Assembly (NCBI GenBank): GCA_037381445.1
Contig: JARRQT010000007.1
Coordinates: forward strand, 29,058 to 58,842
Length of the DNA stretch: 29,785 nt
Direction of reading: 5' to 3'
DNA from: Calditrichia bacterium
GTDB taxonomy: Bacteria; Calditrichota; Calditrichia; RBG-13-44-9
Shown here: positions 9,805-19,723 of the stretch, one piece after another
Layout: every line of letters starts with the position of its first letter
How positions within the stretch are numbered: the stretch's first letter is position 1
The notes under the pieces: generated by a model
What the model was told of the DNA's origin: nothing
The model's database searches: none
The model's input: the letters and a program-made list of their open reading frames with translations, nothing else
Made by a program: the position numbers and the translations under genes

Positions 9805-10923
9805 CTACAGTTTCTGGGCGACCGCTTCCGCAACTTCCAGACTGGTGTTGCTGCCGCCCATATCGTAAGTTTTTACCTTGCCTTCTTTAATCACCGTGGC
9901 AATGGCGTTTTCCAGCCGTCCGGCCATACCGGTTTCTCCCAGCCAATCCAGCATAAGTTTGGTGGTCAGCAGCATGGCCATGGGATTCACCTTGTACTGA
10001 CCGGCATACTTGGGAGCGGAGCCGTGCGTGGGCTCGAAAACCGCATACTTGTCGCCCATATTGGCACTGCTGGCAAAACCCAGTCCGCCCACCAGCTGCG
10101 CGGCAAGGTCAGAGAGGATATCGCCGAACATGTTTTCCGCGACCAGGATATCATAATCAAACGGATTTTTCAGCAGCCACATGCATTGCGCGTCAATATT
10201 GGTTTCCCACAGCGGAATATCCGAATAGTCCCGCGCCACCGTCCGGGCGGTACGGATCATGAGACCGCCGGTTTCCCGCAGCACGTTTGGTTTATCCACC
10301 ACCGTCACCGATTTCCGTTTGAATGTCCGGGCATATTCAAATGCCTGCCGGACGATATTGGCGCATTTCTGCCGGCTCATAATGCGGGTTGACATGGCCA
10401 GATTTTCCAGCCCATATTGTTTGAATTTTTTCATCTTGGGATGATTCTTGTCCAGTACATTGAATACCTCTTCGGGAATGGGATGGAATTCCACGCCGCC
10501 GTACATCCCCTCGGTGTTTTCCCTGAAAATCACCAGATCAATCCCTTCCTTGTAATTCAGGGGATTTCCCGGATAGGCTTTACAGGGCCGCATATTGGTG
10601 TGCAAATTGAATTCCTGCCGGAGGCGCACAATGGGACTGAAATATTCATATCCTTTTCCCTGGAGCTGCGCGTCCAGTTCCTTGGCCGCCTCTTCTTTGG
10701 GTTTGGAGGTAATGGCGCCAAACAGGGCGCAGTTGGTAGTTTTCATCATTTCGATGGTGCGGTCGGGAAGCGGATTTCCCTCATGCTTCCAGAATTCCCA
10801 ACCAATATCCCCGTGGATGTATTCCGCATCCAGCTTCAATTCGTCCAGCACCATACGGGCAGCTTCCATAACATCATTACCGACACCGTCTCCCGGCAAC
10901 CAGGCAATCCGATACTTGGGCAT
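9805..10923 (-). CDS. Isocitrate/isopropylmalate (beta-decarboxylating) dehydrogenase family protein
   Basis: PGDGVG, RENTEG.Y, DKPNV, NMFGDILSDL, FEPTHGSAPKYAG, NPMA, TYDMGG; AGGAG RBS. Confidence 0.9.
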   Translation of the reverse strand: MPKYRIAWLPGDGVGNDVMEAARMVLDELKLDAEYIHGDIGWEFWKHEGNPLPDRTIEMMKTTNCALFGAITSKPKEEAAKELDAQLQGKGYEYFSPIVRLRQEFNLHTNMRPCKAYPGNPLNYKEGIDLVIFRENTEGMYGGVEFHPIPEEVFNVLDKNHPKMKKFKQYGLENLAMSTRIMSRQKCANIVRQAFEYARTFKRKSVTVVDKPNVLRETGGLMIRTARTVARDYSDIPLWETNIDAQCMWLLKNPFDYDILVAENMFGDILSDLAAQLVGGLGFASSANMGDKYAVFEPTHGSAPKYAGQYKVNPMAMLLTTKLMLDWLGETGMAGRLENAIATVIKEGKVKTYDMGGSNTSLEVAEAVAQKL

Positions 10924-10986
10924 GCTTTTCTCCTCACCTTAGTTTCTTCAATTTTGTTGGATTAAGTCCTTATTTCCTGAACGCAT

Positions 10987-11015
10987 AATATATATTTTGA
11001 AAATACCGCTTTCAA
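10987..11015 (-). promoter_or_regulatory. Putative sigma70-type promoter of the dehydrogenase
   Basis: Minus strand TTGAAA-17 nt-TATATT. Confidence 0.5.
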
Positions 11016-11169
11016 CAAAATTTGAAGATTACTTTCACAATAGTCAAATCGAGTAAAAAGTAATCTGCGGTAGAAAAGTGTTCGTTATTTATGAAATATA
11101 TGATTTAATGATATGTCAGGATATTGCCGGAAAGCAATTAAAATTTCATCCCCTTAAAATTACCATTCA

Positions 11170-12378
11170 TCAAAGCTTGTCATGCTTTTCAGCGGGTTTA
11201 TCCAGTTGCTTTAGAATGATGCTGAAGGAGGTGCCTTTTCCCGGTGCGGTGGAAAATTCAACCCGGCCGTCATGCTCTTCCACGATATGCTTAACGATTG
11301 CCAGACCGAGTCCGATACCGGAATTCTTCTTCCCGGAAATAAAGGGATTGAACAGCTTTTCCCGGATTTCATCGGGAATACCGGGACCATTGTCCTGCAC
11401 CTGCAAAACAACCTCGTCATCCCTCACCGCGGAACTCAGGATGATTTCCGGTTTTTCCGTCTGCTGGTCCTGACGGAACGCCTCCCTGGCATTGCGCACC
11501 AGGTTGATCAGCGCCCGCTGCATCTGGTGCCAGTCGACCCGGATCAGGGCATCACTTTCCGGGGCAATCAGCCGCAGGTTGACTTCAAAATTGCTCAGAT
11601 AATTCTTGACCCGGTTTTCCATGATTCCCCAGAAATCGGAGAGCTGCATCTCTTGCATATCCAGCGAAAACGTGCCCCGGCTGTAATCGAGAAGCTGCTG
11701 GATCATTTCCAGAAAACGCTCCACCTCGAATTTGATCATATCGGAAAACTCGATGCGCTCCCGGGTGTCGAGCTCCACCCGCGCCATCGTCTCGGCGGCC
11801 GAGCGGATAATATCCAGCGGCTGCTTCAGATCGTGGATAATCATACCGGCCATGCGCCCGATAATGGAAAAACGCTCCATCTCCAACAGCTTGTTCTGCG
11901 CCTCTTCCAGATCTTCAAGGGCCCTTTTCAGGGAGAGGTTGCGGGAATTCAGCTCTGCATTCTTTTGTTCCAGCGCTTCGGTCAGCGCCTGCCGGTCCAT
12001 CATCACCTGATAATGCTCCAGCGCCTTCTGGACGGTCACTTTCAAATCGTTGGGTTCCCAGGGCTTGGTGATATAGCGGTATACCTCACCCCGGTTAATG
12101 GCGTCTATCAGGTACTCAATATCGGTATAGGCGCTCAACACCATACGGATGGGATGGGGGGAAATCTGCTTGATCTGCTCCAGCAATTCCACCCCGGATA
12201 TTTCCGGCATCCGCTGGTCCGCAATGATCAGATGAATATTTTCCGTCCGGAATATTTCCAGGGCCTCACGGGGGGAAGTGGTGGTAAAAACCTGGTAGAG
12301 ATTATGAAATGTCCGCTGGATGGATTCCAGATTGAATATCTCGTCATCGACGGCCAGAATATTGTAACGGTATCTCAT
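11170..12378 (-). CDS. Cytoplasmic hybrid response regulator/histidine kinase (REC-HisKA-HATPase)
   Basis: ILAVDDE, IIADQRMP, KPW receiver domain; coiled coil; IIHDLKQPL H-box; NLVRNA, DNGPGI, GIGLGL boxes. Alternative start TTG 12402. Confidence 0.92.
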   Translation of the reverse strand: MRYRYNILAVDDEIFNLESIQRTFHNLYQVFTTTSPREALEIFRTENIHLIIADQRMPEISGVELLEQIKQISPHPIRMVLSAYTDIEYLIDAINRGEVYRYITKPWEPNDLKVTVQKALEHYQVMMDRQALTEALEQKNAELNSRNLSLKRALEDLEEAQNKLLEMERFSIIGRMAGMIIHDLKQPLDIIRSAAETMARVELDTRERIEFSDMIKFEVERFLEMIQQLLDYSRGTFSLDMQEMQLSDFWGIMENRVKNYLSNFEVNLRLIAPESDALIRVDWHQMQRALINLVRNAREAFRQDQQTEKPEIILSSAVRDDEVVLQVQDNGPGIPDEIREKLFNPFISGKKNSGIGLGLAIVKHIVEEHDGRVEFSTAPGKGTSFSIILKQLDKPAEKHDKL

Positions 12379-12696
12379 TTTCACGGCGAGAATATAGTCC
12401 AATGTTGCATTTCAGTCAAGATGATTTCAGAATATTTATCCATTTCTGACCACTGAAAGGACAGTTGCCTTCCGGAATTTTCAAAATTATTTATGGCGGA
12501 CCGCCATTAAATTATTGCCGGGCCAGCAGAACAAGAGGGCGGCGGAACCCAGGCTCCCCGAATTGCATTGAAAAGTGTAGTTATTATTTTCACAGCAGCA
12601 ATCGGCGGCATCCGAAAACATTCATTTTGGAATTTCCCGTTCAAGGCTGAGGTTCATCTGCATCTAACAAATTAAACAGAAAAGAGGAGTATTGAA

Positions 12697-12990
12697 ATGG
12701 CACATGAAGGACTGCACGAAAGATTCGAGGACCTGAGACCACATACCCTGGATTTCCACCGGGCCATCATTTCACTGGTGGAGGAGCTGGAGGCCATCGA
12801 CTGGTACAACCAGCGAATGGATGCCTGCAGCGATGAGGAGTTGAAAAAAATTCTTAAGCACAACCGGGATGAAGAAAAAGAACACGCTGCCATGCTGCTG
12901 GAGTGGCTGCGGAGGAATGATGAACAATTCCCTGATCATTTAAAGAAATACCTGTTTACCAAAGAATCCATCGTAAATATTGAAAAATAA
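12697..12990 (+). CDS. Encapsulin-associated-type ferritin-like protein (EncFtn/Flp)
   Basis: HRAI.SL.EELEAIDWYNQR...HNRDEEKEHAAMLLEWLRR.D...L..YLFT, the EncFtn ferroxidase signature; GAGGAG RBS. Confidence 0.9.
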   Translation: MAHEGLHERFEDLRPHTLDFHRAIISLVEELEAIDWYNQRMDACSDEELKKILKHNRDEEKEHAAMLLEWLRRNDEQFPDHLKKYLFTKESIVNIEK

Positions 12991-13033
12991 GACGAATACC
13001 TAGCATCTCATGACACAGTGAAATACATTTCCT

Positions 13034-13085
13034 CGGACTTCCGGACCGGAGTCAGCCGTACGGAAGTCCGGTGTATTTTGTTTTC
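13034..13085 (+). terminator. Hairpin/terminator after the ferritin-like gene
   Basis: Perfect 10-bp stem CGGACTTCCG (13034-13043)/CGGAAGTCCG (13061-13070), followed by T-rich sequence. Confidence 0.55.
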
Positions 13086-13160
13086 CGGTTCATGACAGAA
13101 GTTCAAATGCACGATCTCAGGGAGATTCAAATAAATTAATCGGATGCGGAATAGCGATTC

Positions 13161-13553
13161 ATGATTGCCGGTCGCACTCACCTAATTTTTCTTTCCATCC
13201 TGCTGGGCATCATTTTTATCGATGCCTGCAGTAACCGGGATGTCCGTTTCAGGAAAGAAAGAACGCAATATCAGCAGAGCGTGGAGAGGATGATGGACAG
13301 CCTGGCCCGCCGAATTGCGGAGTTGAACGCGGATGATGACACTATCAGCGAAGGTAATATCATCGGGTTGGAGCATAAAATGAACCGGCTCGACCTACTG
13401 GACAACCAGCTCAATCGGGCCGCCGCACAGCTGGATACCGTCACTGCCGAACACTGGAATTCGCTGAAAGTCTATCTGGACAGCCTGCTTTCCCGCTCAG
13501 CAAAGGCAATTAAGCGGACAGACAAATCGGAATTCCCGGATGACACAAAATAA
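13161..13553 (+). CDS. Hypothetical exported helical protein, possible lipoprotein
   Basis: Hydrophobic N-terminus ending IDAC (non-canonical lipobox), coiled-coil-like body. Confidence 0.55.
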   Translation: MIAGRTHLIFLSILLGIIFIDACSNRDVRFRKERTQYQQSVERMMDSLARRIAELNADDDTISEGNIIGLEHKMNRLDLLDNQLNRAAAQLDTVTAEHWNSLKVYLDSLLSRSAKAIKRTDKSEFPDDTK

Positions 13554-13687
13554 ATATTTCCGTATATCTGCTTAAAAACACTGGAATTCCGGATAAAAAG
13601 GATACATATTTCGCACAATCGGATTGCTGAAGACAGTTTGAATTAGTTATGCGTCCCTTATGCGTTCAAAATCTGGAGCTTATCTGA

Positions 13688-14620
13688 ATGGATGTAGTAG
13701 CACCGTTTCAACTATTGCAGAAAAAACTGGAAGCATGGTTAGGCACCATCATCTCCATGCTGCCGAATCTGGTGCTCGCGGTTTTGGTTTTCATTTTCTT
13801 CATGGCTGCCTCCCGCATCATCAAAAAGGTGGCGATGAACCTCTTGGACCGCTTCTCTTCCTCCGGGGCCATAAACCGGCTGATCGCTTCCCTGCTCTCC
13901 ATTACAACATTGATCATCGGCTTTTTCGTTATACTGGGGATTTTGCAGCTCAATAAAACCGTTACCTCGCTTCTGGCCGGTGCCGGCATTATCGGTTTGG
14001 CGCTCAGCTTTGCCTTTCAGGACATCGCACAGAATTTTATCTCCGGCGTTTTAATTGCCATCCGCAAGCCATTTGATGTGGGCGATATCATCAAGACCAA
14101 TGATTATATGGGAATGGTGGATAAAATCACCCTGCGCTCGACGGACATCCTGACGTTCGACGGGCAGTTTGTGCTCATTCCCAACAAGGAAGTCTTCCAG
14201 AATCCAATCATCAATTATTCCGAGACCGGGCTGCGCAGGATTGATCTCAGTGTGGGAATTTCATACGGCGATGATCTGGAAAAAGTCAAACGAATCACCC
14301 TGGAAGCAGTGCGAAAGGTTGCCAACCTGGAGACTAACCGGGCAGTGGATTTCTATTACGAGGAATTCGGCAACAGCTCCATCAATTACGTGGTCAGATT
14401 CTGGATAAGATTCAAAAAGCAAACAGATTATCTGCAGGCCCGCAGCGACGCGATCATGAATATCAAGGCGGCCTACAATGCCAACAACATTACAATTCCG
14501 TTCCCCATACGTACGCTGGATTTTGGCATAAAGGGAGGAGAAAAGCTAACAGAAATGTACCCGGTCGTGACATCCGCTGATAAAGGCGGGAACGACAAGA
14601 GCGAGGAGCAATCCTCCTGA
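13688..14620 (+). CDS. Small-conductance mechanosensitive channel (MscS family)
   Basis: GAGIIGLALSFAFQDIAQNFISG, PFDVGD, IPN, RRIDL.VGISY, FGNSSIN, I.IPFP. Confidence 0.93.
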   Translation: MDVVAPFQLLQKKLEAWLGTIISMLPNLVLAVLVFIFFMAASRIIKKVAMNLLDRFSSSGAINRLIASLLSITTLIIGFFVILGILQLNKTVTSLLAGAGIIGLALSFAFQDIAQNFISGVLIAIRKPFDVGDIIKTNDYMGMVDKITLRSTDILTFDGQFVLIPNKEVFQNPIINYSETGLRRIDLSVGISYGDDLEKVKRITLEAVRKVANLETNRAVDFYYEEFGNSSINYVVRFWIRFKKQTDYLQARSDAIMNIKAAYNANNITIPFPIRTLDFGIKGGEKLTEMYPVVTSADKGGNDKSEEQSS

Positions 14621-14668
14621 GACAAGCGCGATTGGTCTTTTTTTCTTATTTGGAAATAACGAGGTGGT

Positions 14669-14767
14669 TCAGGTATTCTTTTTTCTTCCGTAAAGAAAAA
14701 AATACCAGATGACCCAAGCCGTCAGCGATATGCCGCCGATCGTTACAATGATCTGATCCAAAGCCAT
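14669..14767 (-). CDS. Small single-TM protein (32 aa) downstream of copA, absent from the ORF track
   Basis: Hand translation MALDQIIVTIGGISLTAWVIWYFFLYGRKKNT*; AGGA upstream; hydrophobic helix with basic tail. Confidence 0.65.
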   Translation of the reverse strand: MALDQIIVTIGGISLTAWVIWYFFLYGRKKNT

Positions 14768-14850
14768 TTTATTTTCCTGAAATCATATTTTCATTAAAAC
14801 CAGCACGCCTGCATCCGGCTCATGCCGGACACAGGAGCCCTGAATTACTT

Positions 14851-17529
14851 TTATTTTTCCGACGGTTTAAACCGCCGCAGACGCAACGCATTGGAAACCA
14901 CCGTCACGCTGCTGGCTGCCATGGCCGCAGAGGCGATGATCGGGCTGAGCAGAATCCCGAAAACCGGGTACAATACCCCGGCCGCAATCGGAATGCCCAG
15001 GCTGTTGTAAAAAAATGACCCGATCAAATTCTGCTTGATGTTGCGCATGGTCGCCTTGCTCAACTGGATGGCCAGCGGCACCGCTGACAGCTTCCCCTGA
15101 ATCAGCGTGATATCACTGGATTCCATGGCGATGTCGGTGCCGGTCCCGATGGCGATTCCCACATCCGCCTGTGCCAGCGCAGGCGCGTCGTTGATGCCGT
15201 CGCCGACCATCCCCACAATATAGCCTTCCTGCTGCAGCTTTTTCACATAATCGGATTTCTGCTCGGGCAGCACCTCGGCATAAACTTCATCCACTCCCAC
15301 CTGGCGGGCGATGGCTTCGGCGGTCTGCCTGTGATCGCCGGTCATCATGAAGACTTTCAGGCCGAGCTTTTTCAGGCGGCTTATGGCCTCAGCTGAATCC
15401 GGCTTAATGGGGTCCGCAACCGCCAGAATACCAGACAGCTTATCATCCACCGCGACATACATGGGCGTTTTTCCCAGCCCGGCCAATTCCCCGGCGGTCT
15501 GTACCTGCCCGTCAGTAAAGATTCCCTTTTCCTGCAGGAACCGGAGATTACCGACCAGCACGTCACGGCCTTCCACCCGGCCCCTGACTCCCAGCCCGGG
15601 AATCGCGTTGAAATCTTCGGCGCTTCCCAATTCGATATTTTTCTCCTTTGCGGATTTCACAATCGCTTCCCCCAGCGGATGTTCGGAACCTCTTTCCAGT
15701 GTGGCGGCAAGCTGCAAAAGCTTTTCCTCACTGATGCCGTTAAAGGTCATGATGTCCGTAACCGCAGGTTCGCCCACGCTCACCGTTCCGGTTTTATCCA
15801 GAACGATAGCTGTCAGCTTATGCGCGGTTTCCAGGGCTTCCGCATTTTTGATCAGGATGCCCATTTCCGCGCCCTTGCCGGTTCCCACCATGATGGAAGT
15901 GGGCGTGGCCAGTCCCAGCGCGCAGGGACAGGCGATGATGAGCACCGTTACAAAGGTGATCAGCGCGTAGGTCAGGTGCGGCAGCGGACCAAAATCGTAC
16001 CACAGCATAAAAGTCAGAATTGCGATTGAAATAACGATGGGGACGAAATAACTTGCGATAATATCCGCCAGCCGCTGGATGGGTGCCTTGCTTCCCTGGG
16101 CATCCTGCACCAGCTTGACGATCTGGGCCAGCATGGTATTTTTTCCAACCCGGGTCGCAAAAAAAGTAAAACTTCCCGTTTTATTGATAGTAGCGCCGAT
16201 CACCTCATCTCCCTGTCCCTTTTCCACGGGAATGGATTCGCCTGTGATCATCGATTCGTCAATTGTGGAGCGTCCTTCCTGCACAATGCCGTCCACCGGT
16301 ATTTTTTCTCCCGGCCGCACCACGATGACATCGCCCACCTGAACGTCCTTGATGGGAATATCGCTTTCCTCGCCTTTGCGGATGACCCTCGCCGTTTTGG
16401 GCTGCAGTCCAATCAGCCGCTTGATGGCTTCCGAAGTTTTCCCCTTGGCGCGGGCTTCCAGCACTCGGCCCATCAGGATCAGCGCGATGATCACCGCCGC
16501 CGTATCAAAATAAACGTGCCTCAATCCCGCGGGAAAAAGAAACGGGAAAAATGTCGCTGCCGTTGAATACAGGTAAGCCGATCCGGTGCCCACCGCGATG
16601 AGGGTATTCATATCCGCGGCGCGGTGCCTGAACGATTTCCAGGCGCCGGTGAAAAAATGCGAACCGGCAAACGCCAGCACCGGCGTCGTTAACAGGAACA
16701 GCAGAATCCATCTGACCTCCTGCGGCAGGGAAGACACAAATGGCAGCATTTCGGTCAGCGAGATTATTAAAATCGGGATACTGAAAGAGAGCGCAAAGAT
16801 GAACTTTCTTTTTAGTTTTTTGTAGGCGGCTTCGCGGCGTTCTTTTTCCACATCTTCCACCTGCTCTTCCTCCAGCGCCACCGCCTGGTAACCGCTGGCG
16901 TCCACCGCTTTCCGCATCGCGTCAATGTCAACCAGCTCCGGGACATAAACCACCCGGGCTTCCTCCAGGCCCAGGTTCACATTGGCCTCCAGCACGCCCG
17001 GCAGGCCTTTAATGGCCTTTTCCACCCGGCTCACGCAGGCCGCACAGCTCATACCCCGGATTCCCAGGCGCGTTTCCGCCCCGCCGATGTCATATCCCGC
17101 CGAACGGACCGCGGCCACCAGCCCGCCGGAATCTGCCTCATTGGCATCAAATTCTACCGTGGCCTTATGATTGGCAAAATTGACTGCCGCCAGTTTGACG
17201 CCGTGCACGCCCTTCAGCGCCTTCTCAACCGTTACCGCACAGGAAGCGCAGCTCATTCCCTCAATGGGAATATCCAGTTTCGAACCTGCTCCGGTCATTT
17301 TCTGACCGCCGGACGCCGCCTTCATTTGACTTTCCATGGCAGGCATGGGCTCGAAATGTGCCGATGAAAGAAATCTTTCGGGTTCACCGTCAAACCGTTT
17401 TTTACAGCCCGGGGCGCAGAAATAATATTTTTCTCCCTTATATTCTGAAAAACCTGCGGCTGTGGAAGGCTCGACTTCCATACCGCAAACAGGATCTATA
17501 AATTTCATTTTTTGTTTTTCCTCAAACAT
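14851..17529 (-). CDS. copA: Copper-translocating P1B-1 ATPase with N-terminal YHS domain and two HMA domains
   Basis: DPVCGM...YYFC..GC (YHS), GMSCASC and GMSCAAC (HMA), [27 protein letters not shown] and MAASS Cu(I) ligands. Alternative start ATG 17508. Confidence 0.95.
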   Translation of the reverse strand: MFEEKQKMKFIDPVCGMEVEPSTAAGFSEYKGEKYYFCAPGCKKRFDGEPERFLSSAHFEPMPAMESQMKAASGGQKMTGAGSKLDIPIEGMSCASCAVTVEKALKGVHGVKLAAVNFANHKATVEFDANEADSGGLVAAVRSAGYDIGGAETRLGIRGMSCAACVSRVEKAIKGLPGVLEANVNLGLEEARVVYVPELVDIDAMRKAVDASGYQAVALEEEQVEDVEKERREAAYKKLKRKFIFALSFSIPILIISLTEMLPFVSSLPQEVRWILLFLLTTPVLAFAGSHFFTGAWKSFRHRAADMNTLIAVGTGSAYLYSTAATFFPFLFPAGLRHVYFDTAAVIIALILMGRVLEARAKGKTSEAIKRLIGLQPKTARVIRKGEESDIPIKDVQVGDVIVVRPGEKIPVDGIVQEGRSTIDESMITGESIPVEKGQGDEVIGATINKTGSFTFFATRVGKNTMLAQIVKLVQDAQGSKAPIQRLADIIASYFVPIVISIAILTFMLWYDFGPLPHLTYALITFVTVLIIACPCALGLATPTSIMVGTGKGAEMGILIKNAEALETAHKLTAIVLDKTGTVSVGEPAVTDIMTFNGISEEKLLQLAATLERGSEHPLGEAIVKSAKEKNIELGSAEDFNAIPGLGVRGRVEGRDVLVGNLRFLQEKGIFTDGQVQTAGELAGLGKTPMYVAVDDKLSGILAVADPIKPDSAEAISRLKKLGLKVFMMTGDHRQTAEAIARQVGVDEVYAEVLPEQKSDYVKKLQQEGYIVGMVGDGINDAPALAQADVGIAIGTGTDIAMESSDITLIQGKLSAVPLAIQLSKATMRNIKQNLIGSFFYNSLGIPIAAGVLYPVFGILLSPIIASAAMAASSVTVVSNALRLRRFKPSEK

Positions 17530-17564
17530 ATTTATTTGAACTAATGTTCAACCAACAAATCAGC

Positions 17565-17580
17565 ACAATGTTCGTGCCAA
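17565..17580 (-). promoter_or_regulatory. Candidate sigma54 -24/-12 promoter for copA
   Basis: Minus strand TTGGCACGAACATTGT versus consensus TGGCACG-N4-TTGC; one mismatch, at the -12 C. Confidence 0.5.
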
Positions 17581-17638
17581 AATATTAATCTCTTTTTCCC
17601 CTCTTATTTACAATCATTTATTTTTGTTGAACGAATCA

Positions 17639-17678
17639 TCTGCAGAATATTCCACAATTCTGTGCAGAATATAACACA
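17639..17678. promoter_or_regulatory. Tandem 18-bp sites, candidate enhancer-binding-protein UAS
   Basis: TCTGCAGAATATTCCACA (17639-17656) and TGTGCAGAATATAACACA (17661-17678), 22-bp period; the second is a TGTG-N10-CACA dyad. Confidence 0.5.
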
Positions 17679-17816
17679 GCCGCACGTATAAAACTTCATT
17701 GAAAATTTCATTTGCCACTATTCTTTCTTTGCATATCAGGCTTCTGTTTTCAATCATTGATTTGATGATTCTATTCGCATATAGGATACACACTTTCCCG
17801 CAAAAACCGCCATGTC

Positions 17817-17845
17817 TTGCAAATCCTCGGAATTGAAAGTATATT
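17817..17845 (+). promoter_or_regulatory. Putative sigma70-type promoter for the deacetylase operon
   Basis: TTGCAA-17 nt-TATATT. Confidence 0.55.
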
Positions 17846-17869
17846 TTCGAATATAAAGGAATTTATGCG

Positions 17870-18808
17870 ATGGGATGGCTAAATCTGTTTCACCGAAAGC
17901 GCTGTAAGATCGTCTACCGGAGCGAATATTTCGCAGGTATTCAGGCCCGCGACTCGCGCCAGTCGTTCGACGTGATGAAGTTCAAGAAAATCCGCGATGA
18001 GCTCATCCGCGAGAAACTTATCCGGCGAAAGGATGTGCTGAGCGCGCCGCGAATATCCGACGAAGACCTTCTCCTGGTGCATACCCGGGAATACCTGGAC
18101 AGCCTGCGGGACCCCATGAAGGTGGGCGAGATATTGAATCTGGATTATGTTAATCCGTGGGATGAATATATTTTTGAATATTTCCGCTATGTTACCGGGG
18201 GCACCCTGCTGGCGACCCGCTACGCGCTGCAGCATAACATGACCGTTTTTAACCTGGGGGGCGGATACCACCACGCACACCCCGATCGGGGAGAAGGTTT
18301 CTGTCTGCTGAACGATGTTGCTATTGCTATCCGCAGAATGCAGATCGAAAAAAAGGTAAAGCGCACCCTCATCGTGGACCTGGATTATCACCAGGGCAAC
18401 GGCAACATTCTCTTCTTCAAAGATGATGAAAGCGTGTTTACCTTCTCCATGCACGCGGACGCTTGGGTGGACAATCCGCCTAAGGCGCATAATATTGGCA
18501 TTGAACTTCCTTCCCACACCAAAGATAAAAAGTATCTGGAAACTTTAGAAAAGGAGCTCCATAAAATTTACCAGGAATTTTCACCGGACCTGGTTATGTA
18601 TGTAGCCGGCAGCGATCCCTACGAGTTGGACAGTCTGGGGGATTTTGACATCAGCGAACAGGGAATGCTGGAGCGGGACATCCTTGTTTACCGCGCCGCC
18701 AGGCAGCGAAAGATTCCGCTGGTGGTGTTGAATTCCGGCGGTTACGGACCCGACAGCTGGAAAATTTATTATAACTTTATTAAATGGGTGATCATAAAAG
18801 GCAAGTAA
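17870..18808 (+). CDS. Zn-dependent histone deacetylase-family protein
   Basis: LLVHT..YL, GGGYHHA, GFC..ND, VDLDYHQGNG, SMH, GSDPY..D.LG, GGY. Confidence 0.92.
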   Translation: MGWLNLFHRKRCKIVYRSEYFAGIQARDSRQSFDVMKFKKIRDELIREKLIRRKDVLSAPRISDEDLLLVHTREYLDSLRDPMKVGEILNLDYVNPWDEYIFEYFRYVTGGTLLATRYALQHNMTVFNLGGGYHHAHPDRGEGFCLLNDVAIAIRRMQIEKKVKRTLIVDLDYHQGNGNILFFKDDESVFTFSMHADAWVDNPPKAHNIGIELPSHTKDKKYLETLEKELHKIYQEFSPDLVMYVAGSDPYELDSLGDFDISEQGMLERDILVYRAARQRKIPLVVLNSGGYGPDSWKIYYNFIKWVIIKGK

Positions 18809-18817
18809 AAGCGGTTT

Positions 18818-19723
18818 ATGTCAAAACGAACCAGAAAATTGCACAAAATAGCGCGGCGGCTCACCACGCATCAGTTGCGGCGGCTGCGGGAAAAGGACGT
18901 TTCCTTCGGGTTCGATGATCTGTTTACCAGCACCCCCCAGCAGTGCGCCTCCCCCTATTTCCTGGGATATTATTCTCCCGCCGGAATTGAATATGCCCTC
19001 GAGAAATACGGCTTATACGAAGAGCTGCGCCGGCGGGGATATGACGATTTCAAGCTGATCATCAATACCGAGGATCCCTACAAGCAGCGGATCGCGCTTT
19101 ATTTCGAGAAGAAACAGCCCGACCATCTGCTGGGAGAACTGGTGGTCAAACGCAAGCACGTTACGGTTTACCCGCCGTTTCCGACCCGCATTCATGGAAG
19201 GACATTCGAGGGGATTGCGGTGGAGTGGCTGTGCATGCAGAATCCCAAAGGAGCCTTCACATCTGAAAAACCCCGCCTGCCCGGACAGAAATACCCGGGC
19301 CTGGGTATGGGGGTGATGGTCATGGAAATGCTGATTATCATGTGCGGGCGGCTGCGGACCGCGGGCCTGCTGAACATACCGGAACACTTCCACAATGCCC
19401 AGATGTACAGCAGCCATTTCTTTTATCTCGATCCCCTCTATGAAGCCAAGCGGGTGGCCATGGAACGTGATTTACTGTTCGGCTTGACCCTCTCCCAGGT
19501 ATCCTGGGCGGTGGAGCTGGACTGCGTGCTCGAAAACGGCAAACCGTTCAAATGGCATAATGCCGAACAGATCATTCCCCTGGACCGCGGCCTGAAAGAC
19601 TATTTCAAAAGCAAAGCCTATAAGCAATATGTGAAAGAGACCGCCAAAGAATTTTCCTACTCCCTGGATGAAGATAAATGGAGCCGCAAGCGGGATGCGG
19701 AAAAAGACGATAACATCTGCTGA
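18818..19723 (+). CDS. Uncharacterised protein co-transcribed with the deacetylase; possibly GNAT-like
   Basis: 301-aa ORF starting 9 nt after the HDAC stop; contains VEWLCMQNP, PRLPGQKYPGLGMG, NIPEHFHNAQMYS. Confidence 0.8.
   Translation: MSKRTRKLHKIARRLTTHQLRRLREKDVSFGFDDLFTSTPQQCASPYFLGYYSPAGIEYALEKYGLYEELRRRGYDDFKLIINTEDPYKQRIALYFEKKQPDHLLGELVVKRKHVTVYPPFPTRIHGRTFEGIAVEWLCMQNPKGAFTSEKPRLPGQKYPGLGMGVMVMEMLIIMCGRLRTAGLLNIPEHFHNAQMYSSHFFYLDPLYEAKRVAMERDLLFGLTLSQVSWAVELDCVLENGKPFKWHNAEQIIPLDRGLKDYFKSKAYKQYVKETAKEFSYSLDEDKWSRKRDAEKDDNIC

Noticed and set aside
11272..12456. 394-aa plus-strand ORF
   Set aside because: Antisense shadow of the hybrid kinase; no recognisable motifs.
14814..14829. 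Small hairpin TCCGGC-TCAT-GCCGGA after copA
   Set aside because: Short, with no T tract and no clear repeat-family membership; it may be an mRNA stabiliser but this is unsupported.
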